Assembly: GCA_023460875.1 (NCBI GenBank)
Contig: JAEWOQ010000076.1
Span: 1-55,808 of the forward strand
Reading direction: 5' to 3'
From: Pseudomonadota bacterium
GTDB taxonomy: Bacteria; Myxococcota_A; Polyangia; Polyangiales; Polyangiaceae
Length of the DNA stretch: 55,808 nt
In this document: positions 45,515 through 54,281 of the stretch, one piece after another
Layout: the number at the start of each line of letters is the position of its first letter
Position numbering within the stretch: the stretch's first letter is position 1
Made by a program: the position numbers and the translations under genes
Notes under the pieces: model-generated
The model's database searches: none
The model's input: only the letters and a program-made list of their open reading frames with translations
What the model was told of the DNA's origin: nothing

Positions 45515-47371
45515 GTGCCGGCCGAGTCTGCCATCGCCGAACCTCGCGCGCCTCTCGCCGGGCGCTACCGTTTTCTCCGCGGCGTGAGCCGTAGAAGCTG
45601 GCTCGCTTGGGACGAGCGCTCCGACTATCGCGTCCTCGTCACGCTGGTACCACCAGGAGAAGCGGAACGACTCCGCAAGGCGCGCCACCTCGAGGAGACG
45701 CACCTCGCGCGGGTGCTCGACACGCAGGACAGCGTGCCCCCGGCGGAGCTCCCCGCGGGCTGTGACGCCGATCGAGCGGCGGTCGTCACGGAGCTGGCAC
45801 ACGGACGCAACCTGTCGACCATCGTGCAAGAAGACGGCCCCTTGGCGCCCGCGCGGGCCGTGGCCTGGACGTTGCGTATGGCGCGGAGCCTCACGGCGCT
45901 CCACGCCGCGGGGTGTTGTCACACGGCGCTCTCACCCGCCGCGGTGGTCGAGCGGGCCGTAGGACGCCCGGTCTCACCGGTGCTCACCTGGCTCCGCGCC
46001 TTGCCCTACGGCCCCGCGTTGTCACCGGAGGTGCTCCAAGGCCAGGAGCCCACGGCGGCGGACGACGTGTGGAGCTTGTGCGTCACGCTCTACTTCGCGG
46101 TGACAGGGAAATACCCGTTCACCGGCGGCGGCTCCGCCGAGCTGCTCGAGGCGGCCACCCGGACCACGCCTCGCGCCATCGCCGAGCTGGGCGTGACGGA
46201 TCCTCCCCTCCAGCAGCTCTTCGACGTCGCGTTCTCCAGCGACGCCACCCGACGCTTCCGCGCCGCAGAGGATCTCGTGGCCGCCCTCGACGCCTATGAG
46301 CTGGGGCTGCCGCTCCCGACCCGCGGCGGCTTCGGCGCACGTCCACCGCGACTCGGCGCAGGCATCGGGCAGGCCAGCAGCCTCACCGCCGGGCTGGCCC
46401 GGCCGGGGCGCTCCACCAAGAGCCTCGAGGGCATTGTCTTCGATGTCGCGGCCGTCGAGCGGCCGGAGCTGCGCGACGTGGGCCCCGAGCCCAGCCGGAT
46501 CAGCCGCTCCAGCGTGGAGCTCCCTCGGGTCACCCGCTCCAGCGTGGAATCCTCCCGCCCGAGCTTCCCCGAGCGCCCGAGCGTCGCTCACCGCCGCACC
46601 CCCTCCCTGCCGCCGTTCAACCCGTTTCAGCGGAAGAGCCGCTGGCCCGCCCTGCTCCTCCTCCTGGTCGGCGCCGCAGCGGGCGGAGCTGCGTTCGCCC
46701 TGCGCCCCGCCGCGAGCCCATCGGCGTCCTTGCGACCGGAGGTCAACCCCTCCGTTCAGCCGGCGACGAAGCCGCCCTCCGCATCGACCCCCAAGCTCAC
46801 CCCCGCTCAACGGCAACGCGCGTGCACGGAGTCGTATTTCGAGGAGGACACCTTCCAGTCGGACGCCTCCCTGGAGTTCGTGTGTCAGGACGGGCCGCTG
46901 CACCTCACCGCTCGGCAGCTCTACGAGCTCGCGGAGGCAAAGATGGACGCGCGCCTGGCGCAGCAAGCGGCCGAGGTGGCCCAGGCCCCCCCAGAAAATG
47001 TCCTCCGAGGGGACGTCCGCGGGACCCGCGTACGTCGCGCGCTGGGGTGGTACGAGCTCCTGTCCACGGCGATCGTGCGTCGCTCCTGCTGTTCCCCGGT
47101 CCCCCCCGTCGACCTGCCCAAGACCCAGGGCTGGTGCGCGCAGCTCGACGACGTCGTCGAAGATCTGGCGGAGGACAGCGCGCGCTCCGCGGATCTAGCG
47201 CCGCGGGTGAAGCGGTTCGACAGGGCCGTGGACTGCCTCTACGCGAACCGTACGCCCGTCCCCTACGAGGATTACGGCCCGCGGCCGCTCGACGACGTAC
47301 AGCGCGCCGCCCTGCAGAATTTCCTGTCCCTGGCCGCGATGAGCGAGGCGAAGCGACGCAAGCTCGAGTGA
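45515..47371 (+). CDS. Ser/Thr protein kinase-like membrane protein, predicted pseudokinase
   Basis: The GTG at 45515 avoids overlap with the divergent gene. The kinase fold is recognisable from SPEVLQG and DVWSLCVTLYFAVTGKYPF. The Gly-loop, VAIK Lys, HRD...N and DFG are all replaced. It has a TM helix (WPALLLLLVGAAAGGAAFAL) and a Cys-containing periplasmic domain. Confidence 0.75.
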   Translation: MPAESAIAEPRAPLAGRYRFLRGVSRRSWLAWDERSDYRVLVTLVPPGEAERLRKARHLEETHLARVLDTQDSVPPAELPAGCDADRAAVVTELAHGRNLSTIVQEDGPLAPARAVAWTLRMARSLTALHAAGCCHTALSPAAVVERAVGRPVSPVLTWLRALPYGPALSPEVLQGQEPTAADDVWSLCVTLYFAVTGKYPFTGGGSAELLEAATRTTPRAIAELGVTDPPLQQLFDVAFSSDATRRFRAAEDLVAALDAYELGLPLPTRGGFGARPPRLGAGIGQASSLTAGLARPGRSTKSLEGIVFDVAAVERPELRDVGPEPSRISRSSVELPRVTRSSVESSRPSFPERPSVAHRRTPSLPPFNPFQRKSRWPALLLLLVGAAAGGAAFALRPAASPSASLRPEVNPSVQPATKPPSASTPKLTPAQRQRACTESYFEEDTFQSDASLEFVCQDGPLHLTARQLYELAEAKMDARLAQQAAEVAQAPPENVLRGDVRGTRVRRALGWYELLSTAIVRRSCCSPVPPVDLPKTQGWCAQLDDVVEDLAEDSARSADLAPRVKRFDRAVDCLYANRTPVPYEDYGPRPLDDVQRAALQNFLSLAAMSEAKRRKLE

Positions 47372-47425
47372 GCCTGCCGCGACCCACCAACGAGCGATAC
47401 GGTGGAGCGCTCGAGCGGCGCCGAG

Positions 47426-47454
47426 CCCTCGCGGGCTGACCCCTCGCGGGCTGA
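47426..47454. repeat. 14-bp direct repeat x2 (CCCTCGCGGGCTGA), each able to form a short hairpin
   Basis: Copies lie at 47426-47439 and 47441-47454, between convergent stops (47371 on +, 47474 on -). The first copy is flanked to give AGCCC-TCGC-GGGCT. Confidence 0.8.
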
Positions 47455-47473
47455 TTCAGGGCCCATGCCTCGC

Positions 47474-48484
47474 TCAGCGCAGCTGCGAGCCGCTGGCGAC
47501 CTCTCCGCTCGTACGCGTTCGCGCCCCCGAAGTGTCCCGCCACGCGGAGCCGAGCCGCACCTCACGCTGGTAGGCCTGCAGATCCTCCAGCAGGCGGCGG
47601 TTCACGCTCAACAAATCGGTGACGAAGGCGAGCAGCATCGTGTGGAAACCCATCATCAAGAGCACCGCCGCGAGGATCAGCGACTGCACCTTCCCCGAAC
47701 CCGCGCCGTTCAGCCAGTGGTAGAGGAAGCGCCCGCCGATGGCGAGGCCTCCGGCGAACAACACCGCGCCGATCGCCATGAAGAAGCGAAACGGGCGGTA
47801 CACCACGAACATGCGCACGATGGTCACCATCGACTTACGGACGTAAGCCGGGATGCTCCTGACCAGGCGTGAGGGCCGCATGTCTCGGTTCACCTGGACG
47901 GGGACCGACTCGACGTGGAAGTTCTTCTGACCGGCTTGGATGAGCGTCTCGAGGGTGTACGTGTATTTGCTGAACACGTTCAGGCGCAGCGCCGCGTCTC
48001 GGGAGAACGCCCGAAAGCCGCTCGGCGCGTCCGCGACGCCGGTCCCGCTCACGAGCTTCACGACGTAGGTCCCGAGCCGCTGCAGGATCTTCTTCACCAC
48101 GGAGAAATGAGAGATCGTCGTGATGGGGCGCGCTCCGATGACCATGTCGGCGCGCCCGGCGAGGATCGGCTCGATCAGCTTCTCGATGTCGGCCCCGTGG
48201 TACTGATTGTCCGCGTCCGTGTTGACGATGATGTCCGCCCCCAGCGCCAGGCACGTCTCGATGCCGAGCATGAAGCCGCGCGCCAGCCCCTGGTTCTGGG
48301 AGAACCCCACCACGTGAGCGACACCGTGGGCCCGCGCCACCTCCGCCGTGCGATCCGTGCTGCCGTCGTCGACGACCAATAGCTCGATGGTGTCCACCCC
48401 GGGCAGCTCCTTGGGGAGCTCTGCGAGGGTGACGGGGAGGGACGTCTCCTCGTTGTAGCAGGGGATTTGGATGATGAGCTTCAT
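47474..48484 (-). CDS. GT2-family glycosyltransferase with C-terminal TM helices (polyprenol-phosphate sugar transferase-like)
   Basis: 336 aa. It has IQIPCYNEE, VVDDGSTDRT, TDADNQ (DxD) and two C-terminal TM helices. Confidence 0.88.
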   Translation of the reverse strand: MKLIIQIPCYNEETSLPVTLAELPKELPGVDTIELLVVDDGSTDRTAEVARAHGVAHVVGFSQNQGLARGFMLGIETCLALGADIIVNTDADNQYHGADIEKLIEPILAGRADMVIGARPITTISHFSVVKKILQRLGTYVVKLVSGTGVADAPSGFRAFSRDAALRLNVFSKYTYTLETLIQAGQKNFHVESVPVQVNRDMRPSRLVRSIPAYVRKSMVTIVRMFVVYRPFRFFMAIGAVLFAGGLAIGGRFLYHWLNGAGSGKVQSLILAAVLLMMGFHTMLLAFVTDLLSVNRRLLEDLQAYQREVRLGSAWRDTSGARTRTSGEVASGSQLR

Positions 48485-48505
48485 CGGCCTTCCGCGAGCG
48501 CAGTG

Positions 48506-48544
48506 TCAGCGGACGTGGTCAGCGAACGTGATCAGCGAACCGGC
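48506..48544. promoter_or_regulatory. Three tandem 13-bp direct repeats (TCAGCGRACSKGN) upstream of the GT2 gene
   Basis: The repeats are TCAGCGGACGTGG (48506-48518), TCAGCGAACGTGA (48519-48531) and TCAGCGAACCGGC (48532-48544). They lie 22-60 bp upstream of the GT2 start (48484) and downstream of the ku stop (48611). Confidence 0.4.
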
Positions 48545-48610
48545 GCTCGACGACAAGCCCCTTACCGCGCCGCGCGCAGCTCGTACAGGCGGCGAGCCTC
48601 CTCCAGGCGC

Positions 48611-49474
48611 TCACCCGGCGGAGCGCTTGCCTCCTCGTCGAGCGCGGGCGCCCTCGCCCGAGACCTTGCTCCCTTCCGCCTTCCTGGGCGGTTTGAGGGG
48701 CGCCCCCTCTTTGGCCAGGCTCTGTTTGAGGGCCTCGAAGAGGTCGATGACGTGAGCGCGCGGGGCCTCCGGCGCCACAGTGACTTGCTCGCCCGCCACC
48801 TTCTGGTCCACCGCCTGCTGCACGCGCTCACGGAAGGCGTCGCGGTACTTGTCGGCTTGGAGCTCGTCGCTCGACAGCTGGTCGATCAGCTTCTGGGCGA
48901 GCTCACGCTCCACTTCGCTGAACTGGAACGTTGCGCCCGTGTCGATGTCGTCGAAGACACGCACCTCGTCCGCGTAGTACAGCTGGTGGAAGAGGAGCCC
49001 GTCGCGGTACGGTCGGATCACCACGAGCTGCTCCTTGCCCCGGGACGCCCAACGCCCGACGGCGACGCGGTCCTTCGACTTCATTGCTTCGCCGAGGAGC
49101 CGGTAGGCCTTGTCGCCCCCCTTGTCCGGGCCGAGATAGTAGGAGCGCTCGACCTGGACGAGATCGAAGGTGTCCAGCGGCACGAACTCCACGATCTCGA
49201 TGCTGTTGCTCTTCTCGGCCTCGAGGCTCTTGAGCTCTTCGTCGTCAAAACGAACGTACTGGCCCCGCGCGTATTCGAAGCCCTTCACGATGTCGCCGCG
49301 CTCGACCACCTCGTCGTCGACAGGGCAGTAGTACTGCATCTTCAAGCGGCCACCACACTTGCGGTGGAGCATATTGAAACGCACTTGCTCCGAAGCAGCC
49401 GCCGTGTAGAGCTTGACGGGGATCGAGACGAGCCCGAAGGATATCGTTCCACTGGAGATAGCGCGCGCGCCCAT
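48611..49474 (-). CDS. ku: Ku protein (non-homologous end joining)
   Basis: 287 aa. The N-terminus is RAISSGTISFGLVSIPVKLYTAA, followed by the Ku core and a basic C-terminal tail (KPPRKAEGSKVSGEGARARRGGKRSAG). Confidence 0.92.
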   Translation of the reverse strand: MGARAISSGTISFGLVSIPVKLYTAAASEQVRFNMLHRKCGGRLKMQYYCPVDDEVVERGDIVKGFEYARGQYVRFDDEELKSLEAEKSNSIEIVEFVPLDTFDLVQVERSYYLGPDKGGDKAYRLLGEAMKSKDRVAVGRWASRGKEQLVVIRPYRDGLLFHQLYYADEVRVFDDIDTGATFQFSEVERELAQKLIDQLSSDELQADKYRDAFRERVQQAVDQKVAGEQVTVAPEAPRAHVIDLFEALKQSLAKEGAPLKPPRKAEGSKVSGEGARARRGGKRSAG

Positions 49475-49501
49475 GTCTTATCGTACCGCGCGGGGGTCAG
49501 A

Positions 49502-52210
49502 GTGACGAAAACTTCGGGACCCGACCAGAAATCCAGCCGGGGCCTGGACGCCTATCGGACCAAGCGCGACCCGGGCAAGACGAACGAACCGTTCGCCCCT
49601 GAACGCCCCTTCAGCGCCGACGGGACGCTCACGGGCCGCTACGTGGTGCATCAACATGCCGCGCGACGGATGCACTGGGACCTACGCCTGCAGATGGGGC
49701 AGGTGCTCCGCAGCTTCGCTGTGCCTCGCGGGCCGAGCCTGATCCCAGGGGAGAAGCGGCTGGCCGTTCACACGGAGGACCACCCCCTCGAGTACCTCGA
49801 CTTCGAGGACGTGATCCCCGCCGGCAACTACGGCGCCGGCGCGATGATCGTCTGGGATCTCGGTCGGGTTCGCTACCTCGAGGGGACCGGAGAGGCGGGG
49901 CTCGAGCGCGGCAAGATCGATTTCGTCCTGAGCGGCTTCAAGCTGAACGGCCGCTTCGCGCTGGTCCACACCGGCAAGCGCCGCGCGGGGCCCGAGGGCG
50001 AGGGGGGCAACGAGTGGCTGCTCTTCAAGAAGACGGACGAGCACAGCACCTCCGCGGGCAACCTCGTCGAGGACCAACCCCGCAGCGTGCTCAGCGGCCT
50101 CACCGTCGAGGAGCTCCCTCGACGCCTCGAGCTGGCGGAGGCCCTCGAGGCGCAGGCGCGGCGGCTCGGCGCCAAGAAATCCGAGCTCCGGGCGCAGGAG
50201 CTCACGCCCATGCTGTGCGCTCTGGAGGGAGCCACGCTCGAAGACCCCGAGCGCCTCTATGAGCTCAAGCTCGACGGTGTGCGCATCCTCGCCGACAAGC
50301 ACGGCGACGCGGTGGCCCTCCGCTATCGAACGCGGCGCTCGGCGACCGCCAGCTACCCGGAGATCGCCCGGGCGGTGCGCGCTTTGGGGCCCCGGCGCGT
50401 CGTCCTCGACGGGGAGATCGTCACCTTCGACGAGCAAGGACGTCCCAACTTTCAGCGGCTCGCCCCGCGGATCCACGCGGTGCGGCCGCGGGACGTGCTC
50501 GCGGCGCGCGCGCGGGTCCCGGTGAGCTACTTGGTGTTCGACCTCCTGCAGCTCGGTGAGCACAGCCTGACCGAGCTGCCCCTCGTCGAACGCAAGGCGC
50601 TGCTCATGCAGCTCCTGCCGGGCGCCGGGCTGCTGCGGGCGCTCGACCACATCGAAGGCGATGGCCGAGCCTTGTACGAGCTGTGTCGAGCGCGAGAGCT
50701 CGAGGGGGTCGTCGCCAAGCGCGCGAGCTCCCCCTACCGCCCGGGCCCCCGTCGCTGGACGGACTGGGTAAAGATCAAGCGCGAGCGAGACGACGACTTC
50801 GTCGTCGTCGGCTGGCTGCCCCGACGAAACACGACCAAGAGCCTCGGTGCCCTGTGTCTGGCGACGATCGTCCCCGCCGAGCCTTCCGGGCGGGCTCCTG
50901 AAACGGCCTCCCCGGCCCCGTTGGCCTATCGGGGACGCGTCGGAACGGGCTTCGACGCGACCACGGCTCGAGACCTGGAGCGGCGCCTCCTCGCCCTGAC
51001 ACCCACGTCCGACGACCTCGTCCTCGATAGGCTCGTCGGGGCCAGCGCAGAAGAGCTCAAGGGGGTCCGGCCCGTGTCGCCCCGCCTCGTCGTGCGCGTC
51101 CGCTATGCGGGCTGGACCGAAGAGGGGCGCCTGCGGGCCGCAGTCTTCGAAGGAGTCCGCGTTGACGTCGCGCCTGAGCAATGCACCGCCGCGCCACCCA
51201 CGGCGGAGCTGGTCGAGGTGCTCTCCAGTGAGGCGCGCTCCGATCTCGACGAGCCCGCCGCGCTCCCCAGCGCTCCCCCCGGTCCGGGCGGAGGGGGACC
51301 CTCGCCTGCGGGCCGCGTCGTGATCAGCAACCGCGACAAGCCGTTCTGGCCCGAAGAGGGCTACACGAAAGGAGAGCTCTGCGATTACTACGGGGAAATC
51401 GCAGAGGTGATGCTCCCCTTCCTCCGCGGTCGCCCGGTCGTCCTCGTGCGCTACCCAGACGGCGTCGCTGGGAAGAGCTTCTATCAATGGCGCATCCCTC
51501 CTGGAACTCCCGAGTGGATCCGCACCCTGGAGCTCTACGACGAGGAGAAGCGATCCGCGCGGGGCGCGGACAAGCGCGTCTTCCTGATCGACGACGCCGA
51601 CTCGCTGCTGTACGTGGCCAACTTGGGCTGCATCCCCCTGCACGCCCTCGCGTACCGGGAGCACACACCGGACTCTTGTGACTTCCTCACCATCGATCTC
51701 GACGTCGGAACGCAGCCCTTCGCTGACGCCGTGCGCCTCGCGCTGACTCTGCGAGAGATTTTGGAGCAGCTGGGCCTCCCCAGCTTCCCCAAGACAAGCG
51801 GCCAGAAGGGCCTGCACGTCCTGGTGCCCCTTGGGCCAGGTGCCGCCTTCAACACCGCGAAGCTGCTGTGCGAGCTCCTCGGGCGACTGCTGGTAGGCCG
51901 GCACCCGGATCTGGCGACCATGGAGCGTAGACGCTCGAAGCGCGGATCCCGGGTGTACGTGGACACCGGACAAACTGGACCCTCGCGCACGATCGTCGCC
52001 CCCTACTCCGTGCGGGCCTATCCGGGCGCCACCGTGTCCACCCCCCTCCACTGGGAGGAGGTCCACCTCGCCTTGGATCCCTCCCTCTTCACGATCCTCT
52101 CGGTCCCGGAGCGCGCGAGCCGCCACGGCGACCCCATGGCAGGTCTGTTGGACGCGCGACCCGACATCCCGGCGGCCGTCGCCACCCTCGGCTCCTGGCT
52201 GGCTCGCTGA
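49502..52210 (+). CDS. ligD: Multifunctional ATP-dependent DNA ligase LigD (phosphoesterase - ligase - polymerase/primase order)
   Basis: GTG 49502 is the first in-frame start not antisense to ku. The PE domain has YVVHQHAARRMHWDLRL. The ligase adenylation motif is YELKLDGVRIL. The C-terminal Pol domain has ISNRDKPFWPEEGYTKGEL..., SFYQ, DLD and SGQKGLHV. Confidence 0.9.
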   Translation: MTKTSGPDQKSSRGLDAYRTKRDPGKTNEPFAPERPFSADGTLTGRYVVHQHAARRMHWDLRLQMGQVLRSFAVPRGPSLIPGEKRLAVHTEDHPLEYLDFEDVIPAGNYGAGAMIVWDLGRVRYLEGTGEAGLERGKIDFVLSGFKLNGRFALVHTGKRRAGPEGEGGNEWLLFKKTDEHSTSAGNLVEDQPRSVLSGLTVEELPRRLELAEALEAQARRLGAKKSELRAQELTPMLCALEGATLEDPERLYELKLDGVRILADKHGDAVALRYRTRRSATASYPEIARAVRALGPRRVVLDGEIVTFDEQGRPNFQRLAPRIHAVRPRDVLAARARVPVSYLVFDLLQLGEHSLTELPLVERKALLMQLLPGAGLLRALDHIEGDGRALYELCRARELEGVVAKRASSPYRPGPRRWTDWVKIKRERDDDFVVVGWLPRRNTTKSLGALCLATIVPAEPSGRAPETASPAPLAYRGRVGTGFDATTARDLERRLLALTPTSDDLVLDRLVGASAEELKGVRPVSPRLVVRVRYAGWTEEGRLRAAVFEGVRVDVAPEQCTAAPPTAELVEVLSSEARSDLDEPAALPSAPPGPGGGGPSPAGRVVISNRDKPFWPEEGYTKGELCDYYGEIAEVMLPFLRGRPVVLVRYPDGVAGKSFYQWRIPPGTPEWIRTLELYDEEKRSARGADKRVFLIDDADSLLYVANLGCIPLHALAYREHTPDSCDFLTIDLDVGTQPFADAVRLALTLREILEQLGLPSFPKTSGQKGLHVLVPLGPGAAFNTAKLLCELLGRLLVGRHPDLATMERRRSKRGSRVYVDTGQTGPSRTIVAPYSVRAYPGATVSTPLHWEEVHLALDPSLFTILSVPERASRHGDPMAGLLDARPDIPAAVATLGSWLAR

Positions 52211-52252
52211 CGCGGACCGCGCGGACCGAAGCTAGGCTGAGGGCGCCGCTCC

Positions 52253-52272
52253 GTGCACTACTCCGTGTGCAC
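52253..52272. terminator. Hairpin from two GTGCAC hexamers between convergent genes
   Basis: GTGCAC (52253-52258), 8-nt loop, GTGCAC (52267-52272). The hexamer is self-complementary, giving a 6-bp stem. Confidence 0.3.
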
Positions 52273-52278
52273 CTCCCG

Positions 52279-52581
52279 TCAGAGCAGGCAACGCTCCATC
52301 GCGTCGACGTCCGGCGCGCTCAGCGCGCAATCGAGCTGCCGTCGTGAAACCTGCTGACTACAGCGCCCGAACTCCGGATCTCGGGACGCCTTCGAGCGGG
52401 CTTCCGCCTTCAGCTTCTCCCGCTCGGCCGCCTTGGCCTGGGGGCGATCGGAGCGCACGAGCAGCTCCGTGTAGTGGTCGAGCATGCGCTCACATTCCGC
52501 CTGCGTCAGCGGCTCCGCGCACCCGAGCGCCCCCGCAAGACCAGCGCTCACCCCAAGGACTCGGGCGCAGACGCGCGCCAT
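52279..52581 (-). CDS. Small 4-Cys lipoprotein, paralogue B
   Basis: The ATG at 52581 gives MARVCARVLGVSAGLAGALGC (lipobox). The mature part carries ECERML...C-x10-C-x12-C. The track's longer ORF would overlap the upstream paralogue. Confidence 0.55.
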   Translation of the reverse strand: MARVCARVLGVSAGLAGALGCAEPLTQAECERMLDHYTELLVRSDRPQAKAAEREKLKAEARSKASRDPEFGRCSQQVSRRQLDCALSAPDVDAMERCLL

Positions 52582-52595
52582 CTCTCCAAATGCCC

Positions 52596-53063
52596 TCACC
52601 GGAAGCACCCCTCCGTGAGCTCCTTCGTGGTCTCCGCGTCGCGCACGCACGTCAGGGCGCGCTCGGTGATGCGCTTCCCCACGCAGTTGTTCATCATGCT
52701 CTCGCGCATAGCCTGCTTGGTCGCGTTCACCTCGGCGTCGAGCAGCTTGGCGTCCGCTTCTCCCATCCGCTCCCGGAGCTCCAGCCGCGCGGTGCGTTCG
52801 AGGATCTGCTCACACTCCTCCTCCGTGGCGGGACGCCCACAGGCGACCGCGCCCAGCAAGGCGACGACGCCGAGGAAGAACGGCGGCGACGACCAGGAGA
52901 GGCCCGAGCACAAACGTCGTGGCGCCGACCGCTGGCTCCGAGAGAACCGCTGGGCCACCGGGAGCGGAGCACGCCGGTCGCGCTCATCGACTTGAGAGAT
53001 CGCGATCGGCTGGCAGCTAGGAGCCGGACGCAGAGGGGGAGCCAGAGGAGGAGCGGAGCGCAT
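52596..53063 (-). CDS. Small 4-Cys lipoprotein, paralogue A
   Basis: Lipobox VVALLGAVAC-G is followed by ECEQIL...C-x11-C-x13-C. The ATG at 53063 leaves a 50-aa pre-signal extension, so GTG 52958 is a plausible alternative start. Confidence 0.55.
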   Translation of the reverse strand: MRSAPPLAPPLRPAPSCQPIAISQVDERDRRAPLPVAQRFSRSQRSAPRRLCSGLSWSSPPFFLGVVALLGAVACGRPATEEECEQILERTARLELRERMGEADAKLLDAEVNATKQAMRESMMNNCVGKRITERALTCVRDAETTKELTEGCFR

Positions 53064-53207
53064 GGGCCGCAGAATTTGTCAGACCCCTTTCAGGGAGCAA
53101 CCCGCCAGCGCAGAAAGTGGGGGACAGCTTGGAAAAGCGTCACCGCGGGGAGCCCCCGATTTTGTCGAAATCTGGACGCGTGTGCAGCGGGTGCTAATCT
53201 GGATGTC

Positions 53208-54143
53208 GTGCCTGGCCCTGCCCGCCGCCCGCCATCGACGCGTGCTCAGCCGCCCTCGAGCGGGACTTCCCTCTCGGAGGGCAGCTCGTCCCCGCGGGAC
53301 CCTGCTCCCGGATTCGGAGCCCACGCCAACGGAGCCCACGCCAACGCAGCCCATCCCAACGCAGCCCACGAGCCCCGACCCATCGGAACCCATTCCAACG
53401 GGACCGACTCCAACGATGAGCAGGGCCCCGAGGTGTGGCTGAGCCTGGCGCTCCAGGCGGAGGTCCCCGCGGAGAAGCGGGAGCACGCCCGCCGGGGGCT
53501 CGCGGCGAACCAGCGGCACGAGGGCGACCCAGAGTACCATTGTCTGCTGCTCCGGCAGCTGTTCATCGCTGATTTCGAGGAGGAGCGCTACGAGGACGCG
53601 CTCCGGGCAGCCGAGGCCATGATCGACATCGGCGAGCTGGCGGACGTCGCCCGTCAGGACGCGGCGCGGGCTTGTCAGGCGCTGGGAGATCTAGAAGCTG
53701 CCATCGGCCACCTGCGGATCGCGGCGAGGGTATGCCCCCCCTCACGCCGCCCCTTCCACGACTGGACTTTGGGATCCTCGTCGTACCTGAGCCAGGACTA
53801 CGAGGCGGCGGTCGCGGCGCTCTCCCGCGCTGCCCGCTGGGCCACCACCCAAAAACCTCTCTACGAAGCGCAGCTAGGACTGGCGCTGCGGGCGGCCGGG
53901 CGCGGTCATCCGGACCTGTCGAAGCTACGGGACGCCCTCGAGCAATCCCCTTGTGCTGCTGGCTACGGGGAGCTGGTGCTCGGGGAGCTGTGTCACCACC
54001 TCGGCGACGGAGTGACAGCAAGACGCTGTCTGGAGGCTTTCGCGACGCGCATCGAAGGGGGCCGACGAGCGAGGGCGGCGACCTTGCGGGCAGAGCTCGC
54101 CCACGCACGTGCGTTGCTCAGTGAGCTCGAAGCCGCCTCCTGA
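53208..54143 (+). CDS. TPR-like helical repeat protein with a His/Ala/Asn repeat N-terminus
   Basis: This is the 3' part of the 599-aa track ORF; the 5' part is antisense to the two lipoprotein genes. GTG 53208 is the first start clear of them, so the start is uncertain. TPR-like pairs include YEDALRAAEAMIDIG...ACQALGDLEAAIGHLRIA and YEAAVAALSRAARW. Confidence 0.5.
   Translation: MPGPARRPPSTRAQPPSSGTSLSEGSSSPRDPAPGFGAHANGAHANAAHPNAAHEPRPIGTHSNGTDSNDEQGPEVWLSLALQAEVPAEKREHARRGLAANQRHEGDPEYHCLLLRQLFIADFEEERYEDALRAAEAMIDIGELADVARQDAARACQALGDLEAAIGHLRIAARVCPPSRRPFHDWTLGSSSYLSQDYEAAVAALSRAARWATTQKPLYEAQLGLALRAAGRGHPDLSKLRDALEQSPCAAGYGELVLGELCHHLGDGVTARRCLEAFATRIEGGRRARAATLRAELAHARALLSELEAAS
53316..53375. 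repeat. 15-bp tandem repeat, about 4 degenerating copies (GGAGCCCACGCCAAC)
   Basis: The units at 53316-53330 and 53331-53345 are identical. The units at 53346-53360 and 53361-53375 diverge. They encode GAHAN GAHAN AAHPN AAHEP. Confidence 0.85.
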
Positions 54144-54281
54144 GGCGTGCGCGGGACAGGAACGCTTCCACGCGCTAGAGCACCCGAGGGCTCGTCGTAG
54201 ACGAGTCGTCCGGTGTGAACCAGGAGCCACCCCGCTGGCGGGAGCCCTGTCTCGCTCCCCCCACCCCACCACGAAGGAGCC

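Noticed and set aside
48467-49501. 5' third of the 1247-aa + strand ORF, which would give a much longer LigD
   Set aside because: This part is antisense to ku and to the GT2 start region, and it has no LigD similarity. LigD homology begins just after GTG 49502.
49682-52126. 814-aa ORF on the - strand
   Set aside because: It is antisense to ligD, which has PE, KxDG ligase and Pol motifs. It is a shadow ORF.
52344-53207. 5' half of the 599-aa + strand ORF
   Set aside because: It is antisense to the two 4-Cys lipoprotein genes, which have lipoboxes and a shared motif. Only the 3' TPR-like part is kept, and its start is uncertain.
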